Source: an uncultured Candidatus Entotheonella sp.
GTDB taxonomy: Bacteria > Tectomicrobia > Entotheonellia > Entotheonellales > Entotheonellaceae
Direction of reading: 5' to 3'
Length of the DNA stretch: 64,000 bases
Assembly (NCBI GenBank): GCA_965215335.1
Contig: CBDCDA010000002.1
Coordinates: forward strand, 640,001-704,000
The position numbers were made by a program, and so were the translations under genes. Shown in pieces: positions 29,055 to 40,087 of the stretch. The first letter of the stretch is position 1, and each line of letters begins with the position of its first letter. The notes under the pieces were generated by a model that had not been told where the DNA came from, did not search any database, and worked only from the letters and a program-made list of their open reading frames with translations.

Positions 29055-30002
29055 ATGAAGAGCCAAGTGCTGAATGGCGTGACCAACGGTAGCGCTGCCA
29101 CCGCGGTGGTCGAACCCGTAGCGCCGATCAGGCAGGCGGGCGTGCCGTCGGAATCGCTGCTGGCCCAGACTGCGCGGCGGTTGAAGCGCAGCTACACGGC
29201 GCTTTTCGGCTTGGGCATCGTGGTGCTGCTGGTTCTGGTGGCGATTTTCGCCGACCTCCTGGCGCCCTACGATCCGGTGGTCAACTCCATGAACGAGATG
29301 TTCCAGGCCCCGAGCCGCACCCATTGGCTGGGCACCGACCAGTTCGGGCGCGACATGCTGAGCCGTATCATCCACGGCAGCCGCGTGTCACTGGCCGTTG
29401 GGCTGTCTTCCGTGCTGCTGGCCATCTTCGTCGGCGTGCCGCTCGGTATTGTCGGCGGCTTCTACGGCGGCAAGGCCGATACCCTCATCATGCGCGCCAT
29501 GGACCTCATTCTCGCCTTCCCGGTCTTCCTACTGGCCATCATCATCATGATCATGTTCACGCCCACGGCAGGACTGCTCGGCGCCATGAAAGTGATTATG
29601 GCGATTGGCATCGTGCGCATTCCCATCTACGCTCGGCTGGTGCGCGGCAGCGTGCTGTCCATCAAGGAAAAGGAATACGTCGAGGCCTGCCATGCCCTCG
29701 GCCAGCACGATCCCAAGATTCTGCTGCGGCACATCCTGCCCAATTGCATGGCACCCATCATCGTTACGGGCACCCTGAGCATTGCCACGGCTATCATAGT
29801 GGAAGCCTCCCTCAGCTTCCTGGGCTTGGGCACCCAGCCGCCAACCCCGAGCTGGGGCTGGGACCTGAAAGCCAACGTCGCCTGGATTCAGCAGACGCCA
29901 TGGCTGGCCCTCGGCCCGGGCTGCGCCATTTTCATCACCGTGCTCGGCTTCAACCTGTTCGGCGACGGCTTGCGCGACGCGCTAGACCCGCGGCTCAAGT
30001 AG
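29055..30002 (+). CDS. Peptide ABC permease (DppC-like)
   Basis: HWLGTDQFGRD, HILPN, PPTPSWG, GDGLRDALDP. Confidence 0.92.
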   Translation: MKSQVLNGVTNGSAATAVVEPVAPIRQAGVPSESLLAQTARRLKRSYTALFGLGIVVLLVLVAIFADLLAPYDPVVNSMNEMFQAPSRTHWLGTDQFGRDMLSRIIHGSRVSLAVGLSSVLLAIFVGVPLGIVGGFYGGKADTLIMRAMDLILAFPVFLLAIIIMIMFTPTAGLLGAMKVIMAIGIVRIPIYARLVRGSVLSIKEKEYVEACHALGQHDPKILLRHILPNCMAPIIVTGTLSIATAIIVEASLSFLGLGTQPPTPSWGWDLKANVAWIQQTPWLALGPGCAIFITVLGFNLFGDGLRDALDPRLK

Positions 30003-30125
30003 GTCGGTTCACGACCACGGGGCCAATGCCCCGTTATTTTCTCACACCCGTCGTTCCCGGTCGCCAACGGCACCCCCGCGGCTTGATCGTCAAGCACCAG
30101 GATGATGCTGTAAATCCCGGCGTTC

Positions 30126-32959
30126 TCAAGTCTCTCGTCTTCTTTGCACCAGCTTGTCGAGGTCCCACGTCACCGGTACGCGCAGGCGGCCTTGGCCTTT
30201 GCGGTCGAACAGGAGGTGGCCGTGGGTGAGACCATAGCGGAAGAGGTCACGGGTGATCTCGACTTCGTGCTTGCAGTAGGCTTCGATGAGGTCGAGGCGG
30301 CCCTCCTTGTACCATCGCAAGGCTTGCAGGCCGTCGGCGGCCTTGGGGGTGTCGAGGGTGGCGGTGCCAAGGGCGTCGAGGCTGAGTCGGTAGCCGAGCT
30401 GGGCGTGGACGTCGCGCAGGATGTCGAGCGTGTTGAGCGTGCCGAAGTTGAAGGTGGTGTAGCCGCGCAGCACGCTGTAGTCGAAACCGATGACGTTGAA
30501 GCCAATCACCATGTCGGCGCGTTGCAGGTGTTCCAGAAGGGCTTCGACGTCGTCCTCGAAGTAGGTGGTATGGGCCTGCTGGCGGCTGTCCCAGACGGTG
30601 CCGAGGGACATCCCCATGAGGTAGGCGCGGTTCCAGCCGCCGACGTCGGCGGCACTGCGCTGGGTTTCGAGATCGAACACCACGAGGTGCGGGCCTTGTG
30701 GCGGTGGCTCCTCCGGGGCAGTTTCGACGGTTTCCCAAGCTGGGAAAATGGGTGCCTCGCCGGCGTCTGCGGGGGTCGGCTGGCTGCTGAGGTCAAGGCG
30801 CTCACGGCCGGTCAGCCGTTGCAGCAGGTGGATGCAGCCCGCCTTGTCCAGCGGCACGTTGCCGGCACCGCAGGCGGGAAAGTGGATGCACGACGGACAG
30901 CCGCGTTCGCAATCGCAGGTTTCGACCAAGTTCAGGGTCATGTTCAGCAGCCGGTCGAGCATCTGAAAGCCTTTCTCGGCCAAGCCGATGTCGCCGGGGT
31001 AGTAGTCGTAGATGAAGATGGCGCCCCTGCCCAACTGCGGGTGCAGCGGGTAGCAGATGCCGCCGACGTCGGTGCGGTTGCTCAACGCCAGGAGCGGATA
31101 CAGGGATTTCATGGCGTGTTCGATGGCGTGGATCGAGCCCGTGTAGTGGAAGGCGTGCCGTTTCAGTTCCTGTTGATATTGCGGCTCCAGTTCCAACCAG
31201 AAGCCGATGGTCTCCAGAATCTCGACCGGCGATTCCAACGGGTGCTGGCTGATCATGGCGCCGTCGCGCACGCGAATCTTCTCGTAGCCCCCCACCACCT
31301 GGGAGCGCACCTTGAGGCGCCCCAATTTGGACAGAAAGCCCTGCATCGGACGCGAGCGCAGGGTGTCCAGGATTTCCGTTTCCTTCTCCGTTTGGGTGCG
31401 GGTGTAATACGGCACCTCGACCGCTTCGGCGTGAATGTGGCCCTTGGCCGGGTCACGCCCGGTGATGAGGTATTGGCGGCCGCGATGCTGATAGATGGCG
31501 CCGTCGTGACACTCGCCATACACCTGCCTGCCACTCACCGTGCCGATGGGCGCTCCGGTGCTGCGGTCACAGAGGGTCCACGAAACGCCAGTGCTGCGCA
31601 GGTCGACCCGGCGATGCGGCTGCTTGCGGGCGGCGTGCCAGGCGTCGCCGTCGGCGCTTTGCAGGAGCACGCCGTCGCGCACCAGTTCGTTCACCGCCGC
31701 CTGCCAGCCGGGTGATTGCGTACCCGGGTTCGTCGCGCGTCAGCGGCGTCTCGCGGGCGGCGCACGCCAGATGGTCTTTGAGGATGTAGGCGTTGGCCGG
31801 GTCCACGACGGCATCCTCGACGTTGCGCCCGAGGAAGTGTTCGGGATATTTGATGAGGAACTGATCAAGGGCGTCCCGGCTGGCGATGAGGATGATCAGC
31901 GCCTCGCGTCCACCACGCCCCACCCGCCCAGCGCGCTGCCAGATATTGACGATGGAGCCGGGGTAGCCGACCAGCACGCACACGTCCAGGCTGCCGATGT
32001 CGATGCCCAGTTCGAGGGCCGAGGTGGACACGACGCCGAGCAGCTCGCCCGAGTCGAGGGCAGCTTCGATCTGGCGCCGTTCCTCGGGCAGGTAGCCGGC
32101 GCGGTACGAAGAGATGACCTCGCGCAACTCGGTATGGTGCTGCGTTGCCGAGCGATAGATGAGTTCGGTGATCACCCGCGCCCGCGTGAAGACGATCGTT
32201 CGCAGCCCGCTCCGCACGCTCATCCGCAATAGGCGCGCGGCCAGGACCTGCGGGCTTTCAGCCGGATTGACGAACACCAGGTGCCGCGCCGCGGCCGGGG
32301 CGCCATTGTCGGAAACGGCCTGAAACGGTCGGTTCACCAAGGTGCTGGCCAGATACTCGGGGTTGCCGATGGTGGCCGAACTAGTCATGTACACCGGCCG
32401 GCTGTCATACGCGGCGCACAACCGGTTCAGTCGTCTCAGCAGGTGCAGCACGTGGGTGCCGAACACGCCGCTGTATTATGTGCAATTCGTCGATCACCAC
32501 ATAGCGAAGCCGCGCCAAGAACGCCGCCCACGCCTCGTGGAAGGCCAGCAGCCCGGCGTGCAGCATGTCCGGCGTGGTGATTGAGCACGTTCGGCGGCGC
32601 GGCACGAATCTGACGGCGCCGGCGCGCCGGGGTGTCGCCGTCGTAGATGTCGACGCTGAGGCCGCAGTCCAGGCGCTGCAGCAGGGTATGCAACTCGTCG
32701 TACTGATCCTGCTCCAGGGCCTTGAGCGGGAAGACATAGAGCGCGTGCGCTTCCGGGTTCTCCAGCAGCGTGGTGATCACCGGCACGTTGTAGACCAGGG
32801 TCTTGCCGCTGGCCGTCGGCGTCGCCACGCCGGAAGGGTGGTATGATGAATAAGGGCGTCGTGCAGCACGTGCGTCTTGAGGAAGGCGACGTAGGCGGCC
32901 ATCGAGTCGGGTTGGGACGACGGGGTGGAGGACACGTCGGGTAGATGCCTGTCGCTCAC
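30126..32959 (-). pseudogene. DEAD/DEAH helicase with DUF1998 and C-terminal DEDD exonuclease (YprA/YprB-type fusion), fragmented
   Basis: TPTASGKT, PLKALEQDQ, IDELH, SATIGNP, QRAGRVGR, CDCERGCPSC, FDLETQ spread over several frames; N-terminal deletion. Confidence 0.85.
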
Positions 32960-33012
32960 CTAGGTTCCTTGCGCGCATACGGTAGACTGACCTGGAGAAG
33001 CCTCCAGCCTAC

Positions 33013-35800
33013 CAGGGTAAGCGCATATGGCGGTCATCTGGTTAAGACCTGCAACAGATAGCTGTGATCCCAAGCGGCCCGTTTGCGTCGGGCCTTGACG
33101 CCCCGCTTGTGACTCGATTCCCGTCGTATCAGGTTCAGGGCGATGTGACGCAGCACCGACATCGTTTGAGCCCCAGCGTCTTGACGAATCCGACAGTCGT
33201 CCTCGCGAAAGCTCACGTCAAGCACCCAATGGAGCGAATTCTCAACGCCCCAATGCTGCCGGACCGCTTGCGCAAAGCGCGCCGCATCACACTCAAGCGA
33301 GGTCAGAAAATAACGCCGCTCACAAGACACCACATCGCCCAGTTCCACCTGTGACTCGACCATGCCAATGCTGGCAATGTTGGCCCACGAACCCTTCACC
33401 CCCAAACACTCGATATCGCTCGTCAGCCAATAGCGGCGCGTCTCGATACGACCATGGTCGGCATCGACGCTCTGGTAATAATCGCAACTCACATCCGTCA
33501 ACCCGCTCGTCGTCACAGCGTCGAAAAGGAGCTTGACCTCACCATGGAGCGTCGCATGGTTGTCTTTTGAGAGCCAAGACATAATCCGCCCCTTGCTCGG
33601 CGATGCTGCGGGCGATCTCCTTCTGGCATCCCATGGCGTCGATTGTCACCGTTGCCCCGTCCAACTCCAACAGCCCAGGCAAGTGGGGAAGGGCAGAGAT
33701 TTCATTGGACTTGTCATCCACCTTGAGTTGACCCAAAACGAGCCGCTTGGCACTGGCCCAGGCGCTGATCATGTGCACAGCACCCTTGGCCGCAGCACGG
33801 TCAAAAGAGCGCCGCAAGGTCTTGCCATCCATGGCGACAATCTCTCCAGCGAGGTAAGCGTTCAGAGGGCCGTGCAATGGGAGGGGTTATCATAGAGCCA
33901 AGAGAGGTCAGGCGGACGATCGTGCATGAACGCCTCAAGGGCGTCAACCAACACCGAGAAGGTCGATTGTTCCAGTTGCCGACATGTCTGACGCAGCGAC
34001 AGACTCCGTTGCACCCAGGCATTGCCCTTGATACTCGCCGTACCCAAGGAACTCTTGCGCCACAACACGCCAAAGCGCAAGGCGCGCTCCGCCCGGTTGT
34101 TGGTCGGCTCAACTCCCGACTCGTTGAGAAACACCCACAACGAACCCAACTCGCGCCGTAAGCACCTCACCAGACGACCGCCATCATCAGGGCGCAGCCC
34201 ATAGCGTTTCATCAGACGACACAACCGCGCATACCATGCCTGCCATTGCCCCCCACTTGGCGGCGCGTGAGCCATCTGACACAAACGCTGGAGTTCCTGC
34301 AGGACCGCCTTGCCACAGGCAGCAAGGCCAGGAGCCTGTCGCTGCGACAACTCCCGGGCACGGCGAATGAGATGCGCCAGGCAGGTCTGACGAGCATTGC
34401 CCCAGGCTTGATACACCCCGTAGCCGTCACTGACCAGGATGCCGCGACAATCCTTGATCAAAGACCCGAAGGCTTCCTGCGAACGCTTGGAATGAATACG
34501 GTACAGGGCGACGGTATCCGTGACCATGCTCCAGAGCCATTGCAAGGCATGGCGGCAGTACCAGGGCGGCTCGTCAACGTAGCCCACCCGTGTCTTGCGG
34601 GCCAAGCGAGCAATGGCCGCATCGTGCGGCACAATAGCCAGGGAGGTACGGTCGATGAGACGCTGAATCGCCCCCAGGCTGATTGGCACACCCAACACCG
34701 AGCGACAGAAATCCTGTACGCCGCGCCGGGAGATGCGGTGCATGGCACTGAGTTCGCCAATCAAGGCCGTCAGACGCGGGCCATGGCCGGTTTGCTGCGC
34801 CTTGGGGAGGCGGGCCTTGAGCAGCCGGCCACAGCCTGAACATCGGCCTTGGTGCAAGACCCAGTGGGTGACGTGCAACGCCATGGGTGGCAACTCCATG
34901 ACCTGATGGAGGTGATACGGCGCTGTCTGGCCAGGTACGCCCTGGCCGCAGGCACAAGGTCCGGGATGGATGGCCCGCCGCTCGGTGGGACGGCGCAATC
35001 TGGAGCCTGACCCAGGATGGCCCATTCGTGCGCCCCGTTTGCCTGGGGGCTTGTCTTGCTTGCTGACAGGTCTTTGGAAGGGTGAATCCGACGAGGGTGG
35101 TTTGTCGGATGTCTTGGACGTGCGTTGCAAGCGCTTTTGGAGTTGGTCGATTTGTTCCTGGAGTTGGGCCAGGCGTTGGTGCAGGGTGAAGAGACAGGCT
35201 TGTACAGCCGGTGGTGTGTGCTGCCAATCGGTTTGCGACAGCGACTCAGGCGGTATCGACGGTTCCATTCGGGACTTCCTGAGAAGGGCAACGGGAGAGC
35301 GAAAAACGAGTGTGACCGTAGCCCATAATAGGGCCGTCATGCAATAGATACCTGCACACTTGGCCCCCCTGAACGCTTACCCAGCGAGCGACCCGCGCAG
35401 GCTGTCCGTCCAGTTGATGAAGCACTGGGTGAGTTCTTCCGGCTTAAGCCGAGAGAGCACGCGACGGAAGGTGTCGGGTGAGGGAATACCATGAGGCAGG
35501 TCGAGAAACTCTTTGAACCAATCGGCCTGAGCCTGACCGTACTCCTCCATATCTTCCCACATATCTTCCCAGCCCTCGGCGCCGCTGATAACGGCACATA
35601 GGGCAATCACGAAGATGTCAAACAAGGAGTGTCGGATGCTGGGGCCGCGCGGATCACTGACCGAGGCAAAGTGATCCAGGAGTCGAGACGATGCGAGTTT
35701 TTCCATGCCCAGTTCTGCTCCAGGTTGAGTGTCCTGACACGCGATGACTCTGCATAACCTGAATCAGAACGCTGGGCAATCCTCATATGCGCTTACCCTG
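33013..35800 (-). mobile_element. ISAs1 family element, interrupted by IS66 and frameshifted
   Basis: 17-bp TIRs CAGGGTAAGCGCATATG; transposase pieces 35706-35381 (GIPSPDTF), 33853-33539 (DGKTLR, KSNEI, IDAMGCQK), 33582-33034 (HGRIETR, HWGVENSLHW). Confidence 0.92.
33854..35380 (-). mobile_element. Single-ORF IS66 family element, copy 2, full length
   Basis: TIRs GTAAGCGTTCAG; 8-bp TSD CCAGCGAG at 33846-33853 and 35381-35388; uninterrupted ORF 33862-35340 with SSD, QTCLAH, PTNNRAERALR. Confidence 0.95.
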
Positions 35801-35818
35801 GCGAGACCGCCCAGCCAT

Positions 35819-35848
35819 TTGAATTCGTCCATTCCTGTGTGCTATATT
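35819..35848 (+). promoter_or_regulatory. Putative sigma70 promoter of the iscA-nuo cluster
   Basis: TTGAAT-N18-TATATT with extended TGn before the -10. Confidence 0.5.
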
Positions 35849-35956
35849 CCCTCAAGATTCCAGGAAAAGCGCGCTGTTCACGCCGCACACGTGGGTTCAA
35901 GGCGAACCAGACCCCGCTTGATACTGTCCGCGTAATGCAAGGAAAGGAGATGTTGG

Positions 35957-36268
35957 ATGATCACCATCACGGAAACCGCCGCTGAAAAAATCAGGGAGTT
36001 GACCCCCGATCCCAAGTACGCCCTGCGCATGCGGGTCGTTGGGGGCGGCTGCTCGGGTCTGCAGTACCAGATGGGCCTGGAAGACGAGCAGAGTACCAAC
36101 GACAAGGTGCTGACCAGCAACGGCATCAAGGTTCTCGTCGATATGAAAAGCGCCCTGTACCTCGCCGGCGCCGAGGTCGATTACATCAACGGCCTGATGG
36201 AGTCCGGCTTCAAGATCACCAATCCAAACGCTAAAACGACGTGCGGCTGCGGACAGTCGTTCCGCTAA
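35957..36268 (+). CDS. A-type Fe-S carrier (HesB/IscA/ErpA family)
   Basis: GGGCSG, NPNAKTTCGCGQSF. Confidence 0.93.
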   Translation: MITITETAAEKIRELTPDPKYALRMRVVGGGCSGLQYQMGLEDEQSTNDKVLTSNGIKVLVDMKSALYLAGAEVDYINGLMESGFKITNPNAKTTCGCGQSFR

Positions 36269-36386
36269 CGCTCACGTCTGACACAGCCCCCACGAACGTC
36301 CCGGCGCTCTGGGGGCCGCAGTGTTCCTGCCCGCGCATCCGACCGTTGCCTCTTCCCGCATTCGGTATCCATGGAGAGCATCGCTC

Positions 36387-36761
36387 ATGTTTGACGGCTT
36401 TTACAACGCCTTCTGGTTCCTGGTCGTCGGCTGCCTCTTCGTCCTCGTAAATCTCTTCATCAGCAGCCTCATCCGCCCGGCCGACCCGCAGGAAGAAAAA
36501 CTCCTGCCCTACGAATGCGGCGAGGAATCCAGCGGCACCGGTTTCGTGCGTTTCAACCCCCGCTTCTACATCATCGGCCTCATCTTTCTCATTTTCGACA
36601 TCGAAACCGTGTTCATCTTTCCTTGGGCCGTCATCCTCAAGGGCGCCGGCCCATTCGTCCTCATCGAGATGGTCATCTTCCTGGCCATCCTGGTGGTCGG
36701 GTTGGTGTACGCCTGGGGCAAGGGCGATCTGGAATGGATCAAACAGCCGACACGGTGGTGA
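36387..36761 (+). CDS. nuoA: NADH-quinone oxidoreductase subunit A
   Basis: PYECG, FYIIGLIFLIFDIE..F.FPWA, KGDLEW. Confidence 0.93.
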   Translation: MFDGFYNAFWFLVVGCLFVLVNLFISSLIRPADPQEEKLLPYECGEESSGTGFVRFNPRFYIIGLIFLIFDIETVFIFPWAVILKGAGPFVLIEMVIFLAILVVGLVYAWGKGDLEWIKQPTRW

Positions 36762-36809
36762 GGGCACGGTGGCTTGGCGATAACGACGTGACGCAAAAGG
36801 AGATGTGTA

Positions 36810-37889
36810 TTGATCGAGTGGGTGGCATGGCTGATGCGCACGGTAGCCGAGTTTGTCCTGCCTTTCACGGTCTCCTGGACCTGGATTCCCTGGTACACCA
36901 TCGCCCTGCTGCACGTTGCCGCGGTGCTGCTGGTGATTGTTTCCCTCCTTACCATGTTTCTGGTCTGGCTGGAGCGCAAGGTGTCGGCTCACATGCAGGA
37001 TCGCCTGGGTCCGATGCGGGTGGGCGGCTGGCACGGCTGGGCGCAATCGCTCGCCGACGCGCTCAAGCTATTGCTCAAGGAAGACATCATCCCGGCGATG
37101 GCCGACAAGCCGGTGTTCAAAATCGCCCCATTGCTGATTTTCGGGGCGACCTTCATGTCCTTCGTCGTCCTGCCGTTCAGTCAACACATCATCGTTTCCA
37201 ACCTGAACATCGGTATCCTGTACATCTACGGCATCTCGACGGTGGTGGTCGTCGGCATCATCATGGCGGGCTGGGCGTCCAACAACAAGTGGTCGCTGCT
37301 CGGCGCCATGCGGTCGGCGGCGCAGTTGGTAAGCTACGAAATTCCGGTCGGCCTGTCCCTGCTCGCCGGGGTGGTAATGGCGGGGTCGCTGAGCACGGTG
37401 GAAATCAGCCTGGCGCAGAGCGGAGGCGTCTGGAACTGGTTCATCTGGCGCTGCTTCCCGTTCGGCTTCATCGCCGCCATTGCGCTCTACATCGGCGCGC
37501 TGGCGGAAACCAACCGCACGCCGTTCGACCTGGCCGAGGCCGAGTCGGAGCTGGTGTCCGGCTACCACACCGAGTACAGCGGCTTTCGCTGGGCCCTGTT
37601 CTTCCTCGCCGAATACGCCAACATGTTCGTGGCCAGCGCCCTCGTCGTGATTCTCTTCCTCGGCGGCTTCTCGGGCCTCATCCCCATCGGCTTCATCCCC
37701 GACTTCATCGCCGGGCCGTTCTGGTTCCTCACGAAGACGCTGTTCCTGGTCTTCGTGATGATGTGGATTCGCTGGACGCTGCCACGCCTGCGTGTCGACC
37801 AGCTCATGGGCATGTGCTGGAAGTACCTGATTCCCATTGCCCTGGTCAATCTGGGGGCGATCGGCCTGTGGACCTCCTTGAGCGGCTAA
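36810..37889 (+). CDS. nuoH: NADH-quinone oxidoreductase subunit H
   Basis: [43 protein letters not shown] start after AGGAG. Confidence 0.95.
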   Translation: MIEWVAWLMRTVAEFVLPFTVSWTWIPWYTIALLHVAAVLLVIVSLLTMFLVWLERKVSAHMQDRLGPMRVGGWHGWAQSLADALKLLLKEDIIPAMADKPVFKIAPLLIFGATFMSFVVLPFSQHIIVSNLNIGILYIYGISTVVVVGIIMAGWASNNKWSLLGAMRSAAQLVSYEIPVGLSLLAGVVMAGSLSTVEISLAQSGGVWNWFIWRCFPFGFIAAIALYIGALAETNRTPFDLAEAESELVSGYHTEYSGFRWALFFLAEYANMFVASALVVILFLGGFSGLIPIGFIPDFIAGPFWFLTKTLFLVFVMMWIRWTLPRLRVDQLMGMCWKYLIPIALVNLGAIGLWTSLSG

Positions 37890-37944
37890 CGCCTGTGCCC
37901 GGCAACCCTCTTGCAACAGCCGGATCTCCCTTCAGGAAGCAACC

Positions 37945-39555
37945 ATGGCAAAAAAGCTGACGATTGACGGCAAGGAAATCACCGCGCGGGACGGTGCTAC
38001 CATTATCCAAGCGGCGCACGAGGCCGGTATCGTCATTCCTCACTATTGCTATCACCCCAAGCTCAGCGTCGCCGGCAACTGTCGCATGTGCCTGATCGAG
38101 CTCGAAGGCCGCCCCAAGCTCGAAATCAGCTGCAACACCCCGGTGGCCGACGACATGGTGGTGTACACCAGCTCGCCGAAAGTCGTCGAGGGCCGTCGCG
38201 GCGTGCTGGAATTCCTGCTCATCAACCACCCCCTCGACTGCCCCATCTGCGACCAGGCCGGCGAGTGCGGCTTGCAGGATTACTACATGTCGTATGGCCT
38301 GTACCAGAGCCGTTTCCAGGAAGAAAAGGTGCACGGGCGCAAGGTGGTCGACTTCGGTCCCGACGTTGTCTTCGACTCCGAGCGCTGCATCCTGTGCACC
38401 CGCTGCGTGCGCTTCTGCGACGAGGTGACGCACACCAACGAGCTCGGCATTTTCGAACGCGGTGACAGCGCCCGGATCGCCACGTTTCCCGGCAAGCAAC
38501 TGGACAACCCCTATGCCGGCAACACGGTGGACATCTGCCCCGTCGGCGCCCTGACGAGCAAGGACTTCCGCTTCAAGATTCGCGTCTGGTTCCTGCAGGA
38601 AACACCCTCGGTGTGCCCGGGCTGCGCGCGCGGCTGCAACATCAACGTGCACCACCACGACGGGCGGGTGCACCGCCTGAAACCGCGCCGCAACGACGCG
38701 GTCAACGACACCTGGATGTGTGACGCCGGGCGCTTCGGGTACAAGGCGCTACACGAAAATCGGCTGCTGGAAGCCGCCGTGCGGGACGAAGCGGGCGAAC
38801 TGGCGCCGACCTCGATGCAAGAGGCCTTGGCAAGAGCCGCCGATCTGCTGCGCGACCGCGACCCCGCCACTATTGCCGTGCTGGCCGCCCCGCAGGGCAC
38901 CAATGAAGATTGCTATCTGCTGGCCAGGCTGACAACCGAGGTGCTGCCCGGATGCCAGGTTGCCGTGGCTGCCGGCGAGGCGGGCGATGAAGACGATTTT
39001 CTGCTGCGCGCCGACAAGAACCCCAATACGCGCGGTGCTCAGGACATGGGCCTGCCGGCGCCCGCTTCCCCGGACGATCTGGCGCAGCTGGCTGCCGCCA
39101 TCGAAGGCGGCAGCATCAAGGTGCTGGTGGCCGTGGATGTCGATCTCAAGGCCGCCTTCGGCGCCGGGACCTTCGCGCGTCTGGCGACAAGACTGCAGCG
39201 TCTGGTCGTGCAGGGATCGACGACGCGTCCGGGCTGCGAGGCGGCGGAGGTGCTGTTGCCGTCAGTCGCCTACGTCGAACGCGACGGCACCTTCACCAAT
39301 TTTCAGGGCCGGATTCAACGGCTCAACGCTGCCTTTGCGGCGCCGGGCGTTTCGCAGCCGGCCTGGCGCATATACAGGCGGCTTGCCAATCTGCTCGGGG
39401 CCGACTGGCATTACCCGAATCACGAAGCGGTCTGGGCAGACATCGCCGATGCCGTTCCCGGCTACGGCGTCGATTACGCCGCCATCGGCGACCAAGGCTG
39501 CCTCACTTCCAGCGTCGATTCCCCTCCTCCCGGACGGGGTCAGGGGAGGGTATGA
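37945..39555 (+). CDS. nuoG: NuoG-like Fe-S subunit (short, 536 aa)
   Basis: CYHPKLSVAGNCRMC, HPLDCPICDQAGEC, CILCTRC...ICP, CPGCARGC. Confidence 0.88.
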   Translation: MAKKLTIDGKEITARDGATIIQAAHEAGIVIPHYCYHPKLSVAGNCRMCLIELEGRPKLEISCNTPVADDMVVYTSSPKVVEGRRGVLEFLLINHPLDCPICDQAGECGLQDYYMSYGLYQSRFQEEKVHGRKVVDFGPDVVFDSERCILCTRCVRFCDEVTHTNELGIFERGDSARIATFPGKQLDNPYAGNTVDICPVGALTSKDFRFKIRVWFLQETPSVCPGCARGCNINVHHHDGRVHRLKPRRNDAVNDTWMCDAGRFGYKALHENRLLEAAVRDEAGELAPTSMQEALARAADLLRDRDPATIAVLAAPQGTNEDCYLLARLTTEVLPGCQVAVAAGEAGDEDDFLLRADKNPNTRGAQDMGLPAPASPDDLAQLAAAIEGGSIKVLVAVDVDLKAAFGAGTFARLATRLQRLVVQGSTTRPGCEAAEVLLPSVAYVERDGTFTNFQGRIQRLNAAFAAPGVSQPAWRIYRRLANLLGADWHYPNHEAVWADIADAVPGYGVDYAAIGDQGCLTSSVDSPPPGRGQGRV

Positions 39556-40061
39556 TCAAAACCATGCACAAGCTTACGTTCTGGCAGCGGCTCTACCTTC
39601 CTGAAATCCTGCGCGGCATGCTGGTCACCACGCGGCACTTCTGGGTCAACGTGCTGCGGCAGCGCTACACGATCACGCAGCAATACCCGGAAAAACCCAC
39701 CTGCGTGCCGGAGCGCTACCGCGGGCGCCACCGCCTGACGCGCAAGGAAGACGGCTCGCCGCGCTGTACCGCCTGCATGCTGTGCGCCACCTCGTGCCCG
39801 GCCCTGTGCATCCACATCGCCGCCGCCGAGCATAGCGACCCGACGGTAGAAAAACACCCGGCTTCCTTCACCATCGACGAACTGCGCTGCGTGTTCTGCG
39901 GCCTGTGCGTCGAAGCCTGCCCGTGCGACGCCATTCGAATGGATACCGGCATCTTCGCCTTGGCCGCCGAGAAACGCGAACATTTCCTCTACCCGCGTGA
40001 ACTACTGCTGGGCGACGGCGTGCCCGAAAACATCGCCGAGGGCAAGGCGCCGGCACATTAG
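39552..40061 (+). CDS. nuoI: NADH-quinone oxidoreductase subunit I
   Basis: TQQYPE, RGRH, CTACMLCATSCP, CVFCGLCVEACP. Confidence 0.93.
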   Translation: MIKTMHKLTFWQRLYLPEILRGMLVTTRHFWVNVLRQRYTITQQYPEKPTCVPERYRGRHRLTRKEDGSPRCTACMLCATSCPALCIHIAAAEHSDPTVEKHPASFTIDELRCVFCGLCVEACPCDAIRMDTGIFALAAEKREHFLYPRELLLGDGVPENIAEGKAPAH

Positions 40062-40087
40062 GCGGCCGCCCGGCGAGAGAGAACCTC

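Noticed and set aside
33013..33029. GTAAGCG inside the ISAs1 TIR matches the IS66 terminus
   Set aside because: Only 7 nt; the CAGGG start and the inverted partner ending at 35800 explain it as an ISAs1 end
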